DNA of 64,000 nucleotides from Thermoplasmatales archaeon (GCA_027310185.1 DAIDBH010000008.1:1-64000); one strand, 5' to 3'. Positions 38,504 to 50,209 are shown, counted from the stretch's first letter. Numbers and translations are program-made. The notes: generated by a model from the sequence alone, not told the origin.

Positions 38504-39035
38504 GCCACCAAAGGAGGAACTGACAGAGGTTAAATGTCCAGTATGCGGAGAGAGGCTTTATTTCATACAGATGATGACAAACATTGCCTATGAGAAGCAG
38601 ATCCTCATTCAGACCTATTTCTGCAAGAAGTGCCTCTTCAAGAAGAATGAGGTTACACAGATAGAATCAGGTGAACCTGTGAGGGAAAGCCTCCTGATCA
38701 GGAACATGGATGATCTGAGGGTTGTTGTATACAGATCACCTGCGGCTAGGATCGTTATCCCCGAAATAGGAGCAGAGGTTGAGCCTGGGGAGATATCAGA
38801 TGGTGAAATAACAACAGTTGAAGGTGTTGTCACAAGAATTTGGGAAAGAATGTATTCTGCACTCCTTGACTTTGAGGGAACGAAAGAAGAAGAAGAGGTC
38901 GCGAAGGAAAAAATGAAAATGATAGAAAGCTGGAACATATTTCCGTTTACCCTTGTCATTGAGGATGAAAGTGGAATGAGCAGGATACAGAGCAGCAGGG
39001 CAACCATAGAGAAAATTGATGTTGGCTCAGTCTAG
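38478..39035 (+). CDS. ZPR1-type zinc finger protein
   Basis: CPVCG..CKKC, ITTVEG, EDESGMS. Confidence 0.88.
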   Translation: MITMTEDFEPPKEELTEVKCPVCGERLYFIQMMTNIAYEKQILIQTYFCKKCLFKKNEVTQIESGEPVRESLLIRNMDDLRVVVYRSPAARIVIPEIGAEVEPGEISDGEITTVEGVVTRIWERMYSALLDFEGTKEEEEVAKEKMKMIESWNIFPFTLVIEDESGMSRIQSSRATIEKIDVGSV

Positions 39036-39094
39036 TTACAATTTTTTCAACCTCCTGCAACCATGATTTAATAACGCGTACTCAATTCACATCA

Positions 39095-40048
39095 ATGATC
39101 AGCTCAAAGAAGATCCTTATTACAGGAGGAGCCGGATTTATCGGATCCAACATGGCTAACTTATTATCGGAAAACAATGAGATTACGGTGCTTGATGATT
39201 TCAGCGGGGGGACCCTGAAGAATCTTGAGGAATCGAAAGTTGGGAAGCGCATAAAGGTGATCAGGGGAGACATAACAAAGAGGGATTTCTTCTTCAAGCT
39301 CGAGAAGGATTTTGATCTTGTTGTGCATCTCGCAGCAAATTCTGATGTCAGGTCCGGAAGCGAGGATACTGAGATAGACATGCAGACAAATGTTATTGGA
39401 ACGCACAATGTGCTGGAATTCATGAGGAGATCAGATATTAAGCAGCTGCTCTTCTCGTCCACATCCACAGTATACGGGGAGGCGGACATGATACCGACAC
39501 CTGAGAATTACGGACCGGAACTGCCCATATCCCTCTATGGTGCATCCAAGCTTGCCAATGAGGGATACATATGGTCCTATTACCACTATTACAACATAAG
39601 GCCTCTTATTTACAGGTTTGCAAACGTTGTTGGACGCAACTCAACACATGGTGTCATACATGATTTCGTGATAAAACTGCAGAAGAATCCATCAGAACTG
39701 GAGATACTTGGTGACGGCACGCAGGAGAAGTCATACATACATGTTGATGACTGCATCAATGCAATGCTCCATGTGTATGAGAATTCAACTAAAGGTGATG
39801 TTGTGAACCTTGGAAATGATCAGAGAACAAGTGTTAAAACAATTGCACAGGCCGTGTGCAGTGAGATGGGCCTGAAGGATGTCAATTTCAAATATACCGG
39901 CGGATCGGATGGCAGGGGATGGAAGGGAGACATCAAGATAGCACAGCTTGCAACAGAAAAGATAAGGAAGTATGGCTATGTGAACAGGCTGGACAGTGAT
40001 GAGTCCGTTGCTCTTGCTGTAAAGGAAATATATGCCCAGATTTCATGA
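39095..40048 (+). CDS. NAD-dependent epimerase/dehydratase (GalE-like)
   Basis: TGGAGFIGS, SSTSTVYG, YGASK. Confidence 0.92.
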   Translation: MISSKKILITGGAGFIGSNMANLLSENNEITVLDDFSGGTLKNLEESKVGKRIKVIRGDITKRDFFFKLEKDFDLVVHLAANSDVRSGSEDTEIDMQTNVIGTHNVLEFMRRSDIKQLLFSSTSTVYGEADMIPTPENYGPELPISLYGASKLANEGYIWSYYHYYNIRPLIYRFANVVGRNSTHGVIHDFVIKLQKNPSELEILGDGTQEKSYIHVDDCINAMLHVYENSTKGDVVNLGNDQRTSVKTIAQAVCSEMGLKDVNFKYTGGSDGRGWKGDIKIAQLATEKIRKYGYVNRLDSDESVALAVKEIYAQIS

Positions 40049-40223
40049 TTTCCTTTTGTTTTCCAAGATTTTTAGTAATAGATTTTTTTAGCACCTGCAT
40101 CTTAATCAATATTTTCTGAAAAGCAGTATTTTACCTGCTTTTGGTACAAAAAATTAATCTTCCCTCACATGTAAGGGTTGCTTCTCAAATAGAAATTATG
40201 CATTGTTTACTTAGTGAGAAAAA

Positions 40224-40853
40224 ATGAAAACGATTGAAACATGGTTCTATGTAGGACTATTGGCGGTTATCCTGTTATTTGGTGTTGGGATGTATTACGA
40301 GGGGGCGATAAGCCACGCTTCACCTTCAACTTCAACCCAGAGTTCATCAAACGAATATAATATTACCCTGGTGATTACAAACCAGAATTACCTTGCAAGC
40401 GCAGGTCAGAATCAGCCAGCATACTATGTACTTGAGAATGGAAAGTTAATGTCATCTGCCCAGATCTATCTTCCAGGTGATTCACTCATAAGAATGACAA
40501 TAATCAACTACGACACGGGACCTGGAACAACCTCATCAGCATACAGTAAAATCAGTGGAACATTGAACAACACTGAATATGTGTTCAATGATACAAGCGT
40601 GAACACAACAGCTCAAACAGGACACTGGATAAGCTCGGTTCCGTCCTCTGATCTTGCACATTCATTCACAGTACCCAACATGAACCTGAACATAATGGTT
40701 CCATCTGAATCCATAGTGGTCGCTTACTTCCACACACCATCATCTGGTGTATACAACTGGCAGTGTGAAGTGCCCTGTGGTACAGGTGCAAGCGGCTGGG
40801 GAGGAGCAATGGATACCCCAGGCTGGATGCAGGGAGAAATAGTACTTGACTGA
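40224..40853 (+). CDS. Membrane-anchored cupredoxin (sulfocyanin/rusticyanin-like)
   Basis: N-terminal TM, Ser/Thr linker, AHSF and WQCEVPCG..M..GWM. Confidence 0.7.
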   Translation: MKTIETWFYVGLLAVILLFGVGMYYEGAISHASPSTSTQSSSNEYNITLVITNQNYLASAGQNQPAYYVLENGKLMSSAQIYLPGDSLIRMTIINYDTGPGTTSSAYSKISGTLNNTEYVFNDTSVNTTAQTGHWISSVPSSDLAHSFTVPNMNLNIMVPSESIVVAYFHTPSSGVYNWQCEVPCGTGASGWGGAMDTPGWMQGEIVLD

Positions 40854-41002
40854 AGGTACTATTAAACTTATTTTTTAAGACTATTGAAAATTTATCTTTT
40901 CCCTTTAAATCATGGTTATATAATTTCCTCTGTTCTTTTATTATTTCCTGAAATTTTGCAGTTTCCCCAAACTTTTTTTCCTCGATCAGACTATGAGTTG
41001 TC

Positions 41003-42043
41003 ATGTATAATATTAATGACAATCTTTTCACCTGGATTACAGGTGGAATGAGTAAATCCAGGTACAACTTCTGCCTGAGTGGAATGCCAGAGCTGGATCT
41101 TGACTCAATAGGCGTGAAAGTTGATTATGAAGAGTACAGGAAGAGAAGGGAGAACATTGAGAAGGAATTTAATGAACTGATAGGCCAGATGTTTAACGTT
41201 GAAGCGGATCAGGTGCTTTCCACTACTGGTGGCACTGAAGGAATCGCACTGGGCTCAATCTTTCTTCATAAGAACTCAGGTTGCATTGATGTTCCAGTGC
41301 CGGAATACGAGCCTATGTACAGGGTTCCAGAGTCCATGGGCTTCAAGACAGAAAGGGTGAATCCCTATGTTAAACTCAATCCTGGCAGGGATCATTCATT
41401 GAGCACAACCGTACCGAATAATCCAACAGGTGATCTTGAAGGTGACAGGAGCCTGGAAGAATACCTGGATGGAAAGCACGAGGTATATATCGACGAGACA
41501 TTCAGGGAATTCATGTTCCCGGAAAAGCCATACACACTGCTGCATAAATATCCTGAAGCAGTAGTATCCACTACGATGACAAAATTCTTTGGAGGTTCTT
41601 CCTGGAGGGTTGGATGGATGCTCGGTACAGCGAAAAGAATCAGGGAACTGAGAAGTTACAGATCCCTTACAACAGGAAGCACTGCGAGATTTTCACTTTA
41701 CGCCTGCATGAAGATACTGGAGAAGAGGAATGAGGTCCAGAAAATTGTGAAGAATGTCATGGACATAAACAGGAAGACGTTAAAGGAGATGCTTCCCATG
41801 GCAGGTCTTAAGTTCACCACTCCAGACAGGTCGTCCTTCGTATATGTGCACACAGATGAAGATTCATCACCAATGGCATTGGATATGTTATCGAAAGAAG
41901 GTATTTTTGTAAGTCCGGGTAAATATTTCGGCATACCCACTGGATACAGGCTATGCATTACTTCAAGCCCAGATCAGTTCAGGAAGGATCTTGAGAAACT
42001 ATGTGAATATCATGAAGGAAAGAATAAGTCAGGACCTGTTTAG
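41003..42043 (+). CDS. PLP-dependent aminotransferase class I/II
   Basis: PNNPTG, DETF, TKFFG..WRVGW, YRL. Confidence 0.88.
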   Translation: MYNINDNLFTWITGGMSKSRYNFCLSGMPELDLDSIGVKVDYEEYRKRRENIEKEFNELIGQMFNVEADQVLSTTGGTEGIALGSIFLHKNSGCIDVPVPEYEPMYRVPESMGFKTERVNPYVKLNPGRDHSLSTTVPNNPTGDLEGDRSLEEYLDGKHEVYIDETFREFMFPEKPYTLLHKYPEAVVSTTMTKFFGGSSWRVGWMLGTAKRIRELRSYRSLTTGSTARFSLYACMKILEKRNEVQKIVKNVMDINRKTLKEMLPMAGLKFTTPDRSSFVYVHTDEDSSPMALDMLSKEGIFVSPGKYFGIPTGYRLCITSSPDQFRKDLEKLCEYHEGKNKSGPV

Positions 42044-42650
42044 GTGGGAAAAGATAATCTTCACTGACCTGAAGCCTGAAACAGATGTTTTCCTCTACAG
42101 GCAGATGTGTGAGATGCTCATACCTCAGAATGACTGCACAAACAGGTTCCGTATAAAGGCAACAGGAGATATTACAGATTTCTACATAGGCAGTGATGAT
42201 CTCCTGTCACTCAGGTTCATGAAGAGCTTCTTCTCAAGGTTATATTCTCTGAAGTACGAAGAGGAAAAGGAGGATGTAAAGGAAATGAAGGTCTTCAGCA
42301 TGTACAGGGTTACGGGCTACAGGGATGACGGGCCAATAATGGTGCCCTCACTTCTGCAGAATATAGCATTTATACACAATGTTGCCGGGAATGATGTATA
42401 TCTTGATGTGGCTATTTATCACCATAGACGCGGAAAGGCAGGAGTTTCCCTCAGGATCGGTTTCACGGAGGATGATCCTGTGAATAACAAAATCATGAGC
42501 AGCATCCACACCCAGATTGCAAGTTTTTCAAAAAAATCCGGGATTAAGGTAAAAAGGGTACGGAAGAAGGGTGGTTATCACATAAGGAAAGGCATTGATC
42601 CAAGATTCCTTGTTAATTTTGTAAGAATTCCCCTTGATGAGGATATCTGA
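41991..42650 (+). CDS. Hypothetical protein
   Basis: Long ORF filling the gap up to the convergent atpI. Confidence 0.6.
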   Translation: MRNYVNIMKERISQDLFRWEKIIFTDLKPETDVFLYRQMCEMLIPQNDCTNRFRIKATGDITDFYIGSDDLLSLRFMKSFFSRLYSLKYEEEKEDVKEMKVFSMYRVTGYRDDGPIMVPSLLQNIAFIHNVAGNDVYLDVAIYHHRRGKAGVSLRIGFTEDDPVNNKIMSSIHTQIASFSKKSGIKVKRVRKKGGYHIRKGIDPRFLVNFVRIPLDEDI

Positions 42651-42653
42651 TCC

Positions 42654-44582
42654 TCATTCTATTTCATTCACTTCTTCAGTGTATCTTCTCCTTGTTCCAA
42701 AGGGTGTGAACGGCTTACCGTTTCCCCTGTAGAATTTTGAGAAGAATTCAACATACAGCAACCTCACTCCCTGGATGCCGGATTCCACAATTGCCAGCAA
42801 TAGGGCAAACAGCTGTCCTATGATCAGGAGGATCACGCCGAATATTATAAGAACCGGATCATGAAGTGTTGAGATGAAGAATGTGTTCACAAGCTTGGTG
42901 AGAATGACTGACGCAAGGAGTATTCCCATAATCCTCAGGTATGATAGAACATGGCTTATGACAGACGGCAATTCTATGAGCCCTATTCCCTTCTCTGTTG
43001 CAATTATCATCACCACTCCAAGTAACATTGAAGCTATGTCAACATCAGCGAACGGATTTGTAGTCAGGCTCAGGTTCAGCTTATAAATCAGTGAGAGCCC
43101 ATAGATTACTATTCCCCAAACGAAGAGTAGCCATCCTATCTTCCCTATTATCATCTTCTTGTGGTTGTAATAGTAGTCGTTCAGGATGCCAAGTATGAAG
43201 CCGAACGATACCATGAAGACACCGAAATATCCTGTCATCAGGAGTATTTTTGATGTGTACACGATTGGATTGAAGTATGTTATGTGGAATGGTCCTATGG
43301 TTGTGGGCAGGATCGCGAAGCCAAAGAATCCATTGAAGAGTATCCCCACGATGATAGCAACAATTGAGCCTGGTAGCATTGCCTTTGCCAGTATCTGCAA
43401 CTGGTATGGAGAGAATATGGATGTGATGAATCCTGTCATCTTCTTTGGAAGCGGTTTTTTTGGTCCTGTAGAATTGATTCTCCTTATGAGCCAGAGTGAT
43501 AGGAGCAGGATCACTATGCCGAATCCCCAGTCGCCGACCATAATACCGAAGAATATCGGGAAAACGATGGCAAATATTATTGTGGGGTCTATCTCAATAT
43601 CCTGCGGAAGCGAATAGAAACGAATGAACGATTCAAACAGTTTGAACCGTTTTGGATTGTCCTGGAGTGTTGGCCCGATTTCATCAGTTTTTACCCTTTC
43701 TATGATGCAAAGATGATCAGCCTTCTTTTCAACAGCATCTGATATCTTCTGGAACTTCGGTTCAGGAACCCATCCTTCCATGACGAATATACTCTGGGAA
43801 GATGGCATCTTCATTGCTGCCTCTATCTTCTTTGCCTCTATTTCCAGTGCTTCCCTGACAGCAACAATTTCCGAGTAATGCTGATCAGAGAGTTCACCTA
43901 TGCCCGTTTCCAGCTCCTTTATTTTCCCTGTTATATTCTTCTTCAGGTTCAGGAGTTCGTCCCTGATTTCCCCGGGCTTCCCATGCATCTGCATGATATA
44001 CACCGCCTTTCCAGATTGTGAACCAATGCTCTGGGCGAACTCCTTTTCCCCACTCTTCGGTACTGACAGTATGGTGTTCCCGTTAACCCTGTTTACAATG
44101 TAATTCTCGCCGACCTTTCCCTCATAATCTCCCCATATCAGGTATGAAGAGATCACGGAGTTGTTGAAGCAGGACATGTCAATATCAAGGGATTCCAGAG
44201 GTTCCACAATCTCAAGCCTGTTGTCTATGCTCTTCATTTCTGTTTTCAGATCATTTATGGAGTTGACAGCGCTCCTCAGATCTTCACCGATCCTTATTGC
44301 CTCAGCTGCGGCAATTATTTCGTGCACGCTAGAGAATTTCCTCTTTCCTGCTATCTTCCTTGGAGGCAAGAGGTTCTCCATTCCCCTGATCTCATTCATC
44401 AGTTCTATTACCCTGCCTCTTCCCTCTATCTCTGTTGAGGATTTCATCCCCTCCTTATAGGAATCGGTCACGTCCTCGAACTGGATTGATTTCATATCAT
44501 GTAGAAGGGTCAGGAGGCTGGCTGCCTTTTCCCTGTACGCAATTATCCTCATCCTTGCCATTGGCACTGGCTTGAAACCCAT
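42654..44582 (-). CDS. atpI: A1Ao ATP synthase subunit I (a)
   Basis: GWVP, DPT, FFGIMVGDWG, LSYLRI, RLLYVEFFSKFY. Confidence 0.95.
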   Translation of the reverse strand: MGFKPVPMARMRIIAYREKAASLLTLLHDMKSIQFEDVTDSYKEGMKSSTEIEGRGRVIELMNEIRGMENLLPPRKIAGKRKFSSVHEIIAAAEAIRIGEDLRSAVNSINDLKTEMKSIDNRLEIVEPLESLDIDMSCFNNSVISSYLIWGDYEGKVGENYIVNRVNGNTILSVPKSGEKEFAQSIGSQSGKAVYIMQMHGKPGEIRDELLNLKKNITGKIKELETGIGELSDQHYSEIVAVREALEIEAKKIEAAMKMPSSQSIFVMEGWVPEPKFQKISDAVEKKADHLCIIERVKTDEIGPTLQDNPKRFKLFESFIRFYSLPQDIEIDPTIIFAIVFPIFFGIMVGDWGFGIVILLLSLWLIRRINSTGPKKPLPKKMTGFITSIFSPYQLQILAKAMLPGSIVAIIVGILFNGFFGFAILPTTIGPFHITYFNPIVYTSKILLMTGYFGVFMVSFGFILGILNDYYYNHKKMIIGKIGWLLFVWGIVIYGLSLIYKLNLSLTTNPFADVDIASMLLGVVMIIATEKGIGLIELPSVISHVLSYLRIMGILLASVILTKLVNTFFISTLHDPVLIIFGVILLIIGQLFALLLAIVESGIQGVRLLYVEFFSKFYRGNGKPFTPFGTRRRYTEEVNEIE

Positions 44583-44584
44583 CT

Positions 44585-44911
44585 TTATTCACTCACATAA
44601 TCCTTCATGATGCCAAGTAACATATCCACAGCGCTTTTACTGTCAATGTTCAAATTGATTCCGGCAACCTTCTCGTTCTCTTCCTTAACTGTTGCCTGCA
44701 TCAGTTTATCAGATTCTGCCTTCTTTTCCTTTAGCGCAAGTTCATATTTTATCTGTAGGCTGGCTTCCAGATCCTTATATTCCTTCTCTGCTTTTGCCTT
44801 TTCTGCCTCAGTTCTCTCTTTACATTTCTGCTTTTCATCTTCTATTGATCTGTTAACAGACTCTTCCGTCTCCCTTATCTTCCTGATCTTATCAATTCCA
44901 TCTGCATTCAT
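44585..44911 (-). CDS. atpH: A1Ao ATP synthase subunit H (stalk)
   Basis: Charged coiled coil upstream of atpI. Confidence 0.75.
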   Translation of the reverse strand: MNADGIDKIRKIRETEESVNRSIEDEKQKCKERTEAEKAKAEKEYKDLEASLQIKYELALKEKKAESDKLMQATVKEENEKVAGINLNIDSKSAVDMLLGIMKDYVSE

Positions 44912-45009
44912 AATCTCACCAGTGTAAAAAGTACGACAACAATTATTATGATCCTTATGGGAAACATGTATTTCCTCAGCGTGAACAGGATCAGCTGCTG
45001 TCTGTTCAT
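44908..45009 (-). CDS. Unannotated 33-aa single-TM peptide in the ATP synthase operon
   Basis: MNRQQLILFTLRKYMFPIRIIIIVVVLFTLVRL; its stop overlaps the atpH start (ATGA). Confidence 0.5.
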   Translation of the reverse strand: MNRQQLILFTLRKYMFPIRIIIIVVVLFTLVRL

Positions 45010-45019
45010 TTCATTAATG

Positions 45020-45706
45020 CTATACTGCCTGTACTGCCCCCTCCTTATTTTTGTCCTCCTCCTCTGATATCATCTTTTTCTTGACAAATTTTAGCGTTGT
45101 GAATGTGTCTCTTTCCAGTTCGTCAAGTCTCATCCTTATATATTGTGATTGGCTCTTTAACTTTGGTATCATGACGAATTCAATGGCATTAGACCTTCTC
45201 TTTGTCTTGTCAATCTCCATAAGGAGCCTCCTCATGGATTTCTCCTTTTCTACCACTTCTACGAGGCTCCTGAACAGCCGGTCATATGCATCAATGGCAT
45301 CGTCTATTGGTGCTGGAACTGAGATAGCCCTGAATCTTTCTGTCAGAACTGCCTTCTCCATCATTATTCCCAGTTCAGGTATCCTCACACCCATGACGTT
45401 CCTTGCTTTTAATGTTACATCAGCAGACCCTGACATGAATCCATAACTCTCAACCTTCATCCTTCCTTCCCTGACCTCTGCAATGGCCATTTTTTCAAGG
45501 GCATTTTCAACTTCCTTCCTTAAGTTCTCCCGCATTCCCCTTAGATCCTTTGCCATCTTCAGGAATTCCATTATGAGTGCTGATCTCTTCATCTTCAGCA
45601 ATTCATAGCCCCTCTGGGCCAGCTTGATCCTCTTCCTTATCTGGATCAGCTCAATTCTGGTCGGTTTTACATTAAGGTCTGCCAATTGCTCACTTCCATT
45701 TTCCAT
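45020..45706 (-). CDS. atpD: A1Ao ATP synthase subunit D
   Basis: [25 protein letters not shown]. Confidence 0.95.
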   Translation of the reverse strand: MENGSEQLADLNVKPTRIELIQIRKRIKLAQRGYELLKMKRSALIMEFLKMAKDLRGMRENLRKEVENALEKMAIAEVREGRMKVESYGFMSGSADVTLKARNVMGVRIPELGIMMEKAVLTERFRAISVPAPIDDAIDAYDRLFRSLVEVVEKEKSMRRLLMEIDKTKRRSNAIEFVMIPKLKSQSQYIRMRLDELERDTFTTLKFVKKKMISEEEDKNKEGAVQAV

Positions 45707-47066
45707 ATTTCTGTATGAAGTCCTTTTTAAGCCTCTTCATCTCAGTTTCCGGAAGTTCAGAAAGAAGATCATAGCTTATGTTAAGTGTATCCTCTATGGT
45801 CCTGTCTTCATCCAGCTTCTGTGTTACATATTTGCTCTCGAAATTATCTGCAAACTTCAGGTAGCTTTTGTCACTTGAACTCAGTGATTCTTCCCCAACA
45901 ATTGCACTGAGTGACCTGAGGTCCTTTCCTGTTGCATATGCTGAATACAGCTGATCTGCAACACCACGGTGATCCTCTCTTGTTCTTCCCTTGCCAATTC
46001 CCTGGTTCATCAATCTTGAAAGTGATGGTAAAACATCTACTGGAGGATAAACGCCCTTTCTCTGGAGTTCCCTGCTCATAACGATCTGACCTTCTGTTAT
46101 ATATCCCGTAAGATCAGGTATTGGATTTGTTATATCGTCACCTGGCATTGTGAGTATGGGCAGCTGGGTTATTGATCCATTCTTTCCCCTTATCTTTCCA
46201 GCTCTCTCATAAATGGTGCTCAGGTCTGTATACATATATCCGGGATACCCCCTCCTTCCAGGAACTTCCTCTCTTGCTGAGGATATCTCTCTCAGTGATT
46301 CGCAGTAATTTGTCATGTCTGTAAGTATGACCAGCACATGGTATTCTCTCTCATATGCAAGGTATTCTGCAGTTGTAAGAGCAACCCTTGGAAGTATTAT
46401 CCTTTCCATTGATGGATCCGATGATAAGTTCATGAAGATGGCGGCCCTGGAAAGGGCTCCCGTCTTCCTGAATTCATTCATGAAGAAATTTGCCTCTTCA
46501 CTTGTAATACCCATTGCTCCAAACACCACGGCAAAGCTCTCTCCTGTCTTCAGGGTTTTTGCCTGCCTTGCAATCTGGGATGCCAGTACATTGTGTGGGA
46601 GACCGGAGCCTGAGAATATGGGAAGTTTCTGCCCCCTTACCAGCGTGTTCATGCCGTCTATCGTGGATATTCCAGTCTGGATGAATTCCGATGGCTCCTC
46701 CCTTGAATATGGATTTATTGCATCTCCAACGATTTCAACACTCTCCTTGGACAGGAGCTGTGGGCCGTTATCAATCGGTTCTCCCAGTCCGTTGAATATC
46801 CTTCCAAGAACCTCGTCAGAAACCTTGATCCTTGCAGTTTCACCCCTGAATCTTACAGTTGTATTATTGCTGTCCAGGCCTGAGGTGGAGCCGAAAACCT
46901 GTACTATGGCAAGCCCGTTTCTGGTGTCAAGAACCTGGCCTGATTTTATCTCCCCACTGGGTGTCTCTATGGTGACCATTTCGTTATAGCCTGCGTCTGA
47001 AATCCCTTCCACAAAGATCAGCGGACCACTTATTTCACTTATATTCTTGTAACCAACCTTAACCAT
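45690..47066 (-). CDS. atpB: A1Ao ATP synthase subunit B
   Basis: [28 protein letters not shown]. Confidence 0.97.
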   Translation of the reverse strand: MVKVGYKNISEISGPLIFVEGISDAGYNEMVTIETPSGEIKSGQVLDTRNGLAIVQVFGSTSGLDSNNTTVRFRGETARIKVSDEVLGRIFNGLGEPIDNGPQLLSKESVEIVGDAINPYSREEPSEFIQTGISTIDGMNTLVRGQKLPIFSGSGLPHNVLASQIARQAKTLKTGESFAVVFGAMGITSEEANFFMNEFRKTGALSRAAIFMNLSSDPSMERIILPRVALTTAEYLAYEREYHVLVILTDMTNYCESLREISSAREEVPGRRGYPGYMYTDLSTIYERAGKIRGKNGSITQLPILTMPGDDITNPIPDLTGYITEGQIVMSRELQRKGVYPPVDVLPSLSRLMNQGIGKGRTREDHRGVADQLYSAYATGKDLRSLSAIVGEESLSSSDKSYLKFADNFESKYVTQKLDEDRTIEDTLNISYDLLSELPETEMKRLKKDFIQKYGKWK

Positions 47067-48820
47067 TACTTTTCACCCCTGATTCTTTTGAGATCTGAAT
47101 CTATACCGCTAACAGCATCATTGAAATACTTCTCAAGATCCTGATCCCTGACCTCCTTTATCCTTGAAATTTTCTCCTTTGATGGTATGTTCTCTATCTG
47201 TGACATTGAGAAGCCCTGATCTATTGTCTTCTCTATCTCATTGGAATAGTGCATGATCAGTTTCATCATCACGATCTGCTTATGCAGGGAGCAGAACTGA
47301 TCCACATCGTCAAAGGCACTCTGCTGCAGGTAATCCTCCCTTATGATCTTTGCAACATCCAGGACTGATTTCTCCCTGTCAGGCAGTGCATCATAACCTA
47401 CCAGCTGCACCACTTCCTGCAGTTCCGATTCCTTTTGAAGTATGTTCATCATCTTGCTGTAAATTGATGGCCATTCCTTGGATATATTATCGCTGAACCA
47501 AGGCAGGAGCTCACTTTCATACAGTGAATAACTGTTCAGCCAGTTTATTGAAGGAAAGTGCCTCCTTGATGCAAGGGATGCGTCCAGTGCCCAGAAAACC
47601 CTTGTTACCCTCAGTGTGTTCTGTGAAACTGGTTCTGATATATCTCCTCCAGGTGGTGAAACTGCTCCCACTATGGTTATTGAGCCATTCCTGTCTGGAT
47701 TTCCCGATATTATGGCGTTCCCAGATCTTTCGTAAAACTCTGAAAGCCTCCTGCCAAGATATGCGGGATATCCCTCCTCTCCTGGCATTTCCTCAAGCCT
47801 GCCTGATATTTCCCTCAGGGCTTCTGCCCATCTTGATGTGCTGTCAGCCATGAGTGCAATTCCATATCCCATGTCCCTGTAATATTCTGCTATGGATATT
47901 CCAGTATAGATACTGGCCTCCCTGGCCGCAACAGGCATGTTTGAGGTGTTTGCAATCAGGATTGTTCTTTCCATCAGTGGCTTTCCACTCTTTGGATCCT
48001 GCAACTCAGGGAAGGTTGTGAGGATTTCAGTCATCTCGTTTCCCCTTTCACCGCATCCAACATAAACGACTATATCACTGTCTGCCCACTTGGACAGCTG
48101 GTGCTGGACCACGGTCTTTCCTGAACCAAATGGACCAGGAACTGCAACTGTTCCACCCTTTGCAACCGGGAAAAATGTATCTATTACCCTCTGTCCTGTT
48201 ACAAGTGGAATGGAAGGTGGCAGTTTTGATTTCACGCCCCTGATGGTTCTCACGGGCCATTCCTGCCTCATGGTTAATTTTCTCTCTCCATTCTTTGTCC
48301 TGATATGCGCATAAACATCGGTGACGGTCATGCTGCCCTCGAGAATCTCTGTGATCTGGCCTTCCAGATCCCGGGGAGCCATTATCCTGTGCTCTATTAG
48401 GGATGTTTCCTGTACTGTGCCCAGGATCTGCCCCGGCTTTACGTCATCACCTTTCTTTACAGCTGGCTTGAACTCCCACTTTGCCTTCAGATCTATGGGG
48501 TTTGCTGTATAACCTCTCCTGATGAAATCTCCACTGCTCTCCCTTATGACGTCCAGAGGTCTCTGGATACCATCATAGATAGATTTAAGCAGTCCCGGCC
48601 CGAGTTCAACTGAAAGTGGCTTTCCGGTCGTTTCAACCTTTTCTCCTGGTTTTATGCCGCTTGTGTCTTCATATACCTGTATCGTGGCCCTGTTACCGTT
48701 CAGCTTTATGATTTCTCCCACAAGGTTGAGTTCACCTACTCTAACCACATCAAACATTTTTTGGTTTTCAATACCTTCCGCGACCACTACTGGACCGGAA
48801 ACTCTGATTATCTTTCCCAA
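47066..48820 (-). CDS. atpA: A1Ao ATP synthase subunit A (no intein)
   Basis: [20 protein letters not shown]. Confidence 0.97.
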   Translation of the reverse strand: MGKIIRVSGPVVVAEGIENQKMFDVVRVGELNLVGEIIKLNGNRATIQVYEDTSGIKPGEKVETTGKPLSVELGPGLLKSIYDGIQRPLDVIRESSGDFIRRGYTANPIDLKAKWEFKPAVKKGDDVKPGQILGTVQETSLIEHRIMAPRDLEGQITEILEGSMTVTDVYAHIRTKNGERKLTMRQEWPVRTIRGVKSKLPPSIPLVTGQRVIDTFFPVAKGGTVAVPGPFGSGKTVVQHQLSKWADSDIVVYVGCGERGNEMTEILTTFPELQDPKSGKPLMERTILIANTSNMPVAAREASIYTGISIAEYYRDMGYGIALMADSTSRWAEALREISGRLEEMPGEEGYPAYLGRRLSEFYERSGNAIISGNPDRNGSITIVGAVSPPGGDISEPVSQNTLRVTRVFWALDASLASRRHFPSINWLNSYSLYESELLPWFSDNISKEWPSIYSKMMNILQKESELQEVVQLVGYDALPDREKSVLDVAKIIREDYLQQSAFDDVDQFCSLHKQIVMMKLIMHYSNEIEKTIDQGFSMSQIENIPSKEKISRIKEVRDQDLEKYFNDAVSGIDSDLKRIRGEK

Positions 48821-48824
48821 TTTT

Positions 48825-49154
48825 TCACCTTCCTATATCTACGCCCAATATTCTCTTGGCCATTGTTTCCAAACTTTCTTCTCTGTCCACCCCGGGCAGG
48901 GGAATGAACATGACGAGAGGCTTAAGGGTGCTCTCATAATAATTAAGCAGTCTTGTATCCATTACTGATTTCAGGCTTTCTGATACAAAGATCACTGAAT
49001 AATTCCCGGACTTTTCTATGGATTGAAGTTTTTCCAGTGCTTCCTTGCCCTCAGCCTCGAAAGTGTCCTCTATTCCTATGAGCCTGAAGCCCATTGAGAT
49101 TGATCTTTCCCCAATTACCGCTATTCTGCCTTCATCCTTCTTCTGGTTGATCAT
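48825..49154 (-). CDS. atpF: A1Ao ATP synthase subunit F
   Basis: IAVIGE..GFRLIGI, ILGVDI. Confidence 0.9.
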   Translation of the reverse strand: MINQKKDEGRIAVIGERSISMGFRLIGIEDTFEAEGKEALEKLQSIEKSGNYSVIFVSESLKSVMDTRLLNYYESTLKPLVMFIPLPGVDREESLETMAKRILGVDIGR

Positions 49155-50209
49155 ATATTTACCATCATCTTCCTTATTCTTTCCTTGTCCATACCATATG
49201 CCTTTCCTGCGAATATTATCCTGAGGTTATTCCTTTCATTCTCGAACCTGAGAAGTGTGTTGAATATGGAACCTATTGAATTTGACTGAAGGGAAAATCT
49301 TGGAAGCGTCCTTTCCAGGAGAGTCCTCTTCATGAGTGTCTCAGCTTCCCCGGATGAAATCTCACTTTCGTTTTCCATGCCCTTCGCTCCGTAAAGGTTC
49401 AGGCATTTAATTGCTATATTTTCCGGTTCGCTTGAATTGTACATTTCCCTCAGCTTCTGCATATCTATATTGCCCATATTCATGAGACCATTATCTATTG
49501 CCTCAAAATCCAGTCCGAGGGTCTTTGCTTTTATAAGTGTCATCAGGTTCTTCTGATCCACTTCATCCCTGATAAAAAATCTTGCTGGTTCCTCGTTCCC
49601 AAGAAAATATTTAACACTTTCAAAAAGCCTGGAGTAATATGCAATATCCAGTGAATATAACAGCACGGAAACATCCCTCTCCTTCCTGTACTCATCCAGA
49701 TATTTTAAAAGATATATTCCGTAGCTCAATTTCACAAGATATTTAGAAATTCCCTCAATATCGTTCTCATTTATCATCAATGTATAATCTTCCGGTGTAA
49801 GCACGTTTCCCAGCATACCCACAGGATAGTTGTTCCTGTCAACAACGAAGATATCACTCTTCTTGATATCTTTCCCGAGATACTTTGATGTAATGATATT
49901 CTTTATGCTGTCTATATCCCATCGTGATATGTAGCTCTTAATTGCTTCCCTTCCATTTGCTGGGGGAGATTCGGCAACTTTCAGGACAAGATTCATCATC
50001 CTTCTGTTTGATGCTATCTCAAGAAGCTCGTATGAACTGTAAAGTCCTGACAGTGCCTGAATATGACTGCTGTACGGAGTACCGTCCATTATTCTCAGCA
50101 GGTCAGAAAAACTTTCTGCGTTGATAAGCTCACTGAATGTTTCTTCTTTCAGCAGTTCGTCATTGAGTAGTCTACACTTTGATGCACTTCCGAAAAAAGT
50201 TGCATCCAT
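49151..50209 (-). CDS. atpC: A1Ao ATP synthase subunit C
   Basis: Operon position; WDIDSIK, ENERNNLRII..GK. Confidence 0.85.
   Translation of the reverse strand: MDATFFGSASKCRLLNDELLKEETFSELINAESFSDLLRIMDGTPYSSHIQALSGLYSSYELLEIASNRRMMNLVLKVAESPPANGREAIKSYISRWDIDSIKNIITSKYLGKDIKKSDIFVVDRNNYPVGMLGNVLTPEDYTLMINENDIEGISKYLVKLSYGIYLLKYLDEYRKERDVSVLLYSLDIAYYSRLFESVKYFLGNEEPARFFIRDEVDQKNLMTLIKAKTLGLDFEAIDNGLMNMGNIDMQKLREMYNSSEPENIAIKCLNLYGAKGMENESEISSGEAETLMKRTLLERTLPRFSLQSNSIGSIFNTLLRFENERNNLRIIFAGKAYGMDKERIRKMMVNI

Noticed and set aside
47066-48820. Intein in ATP synthase subunit A
   Set aside because: The GSGKT site is uninterrupted and the length (584 aa) is normal.
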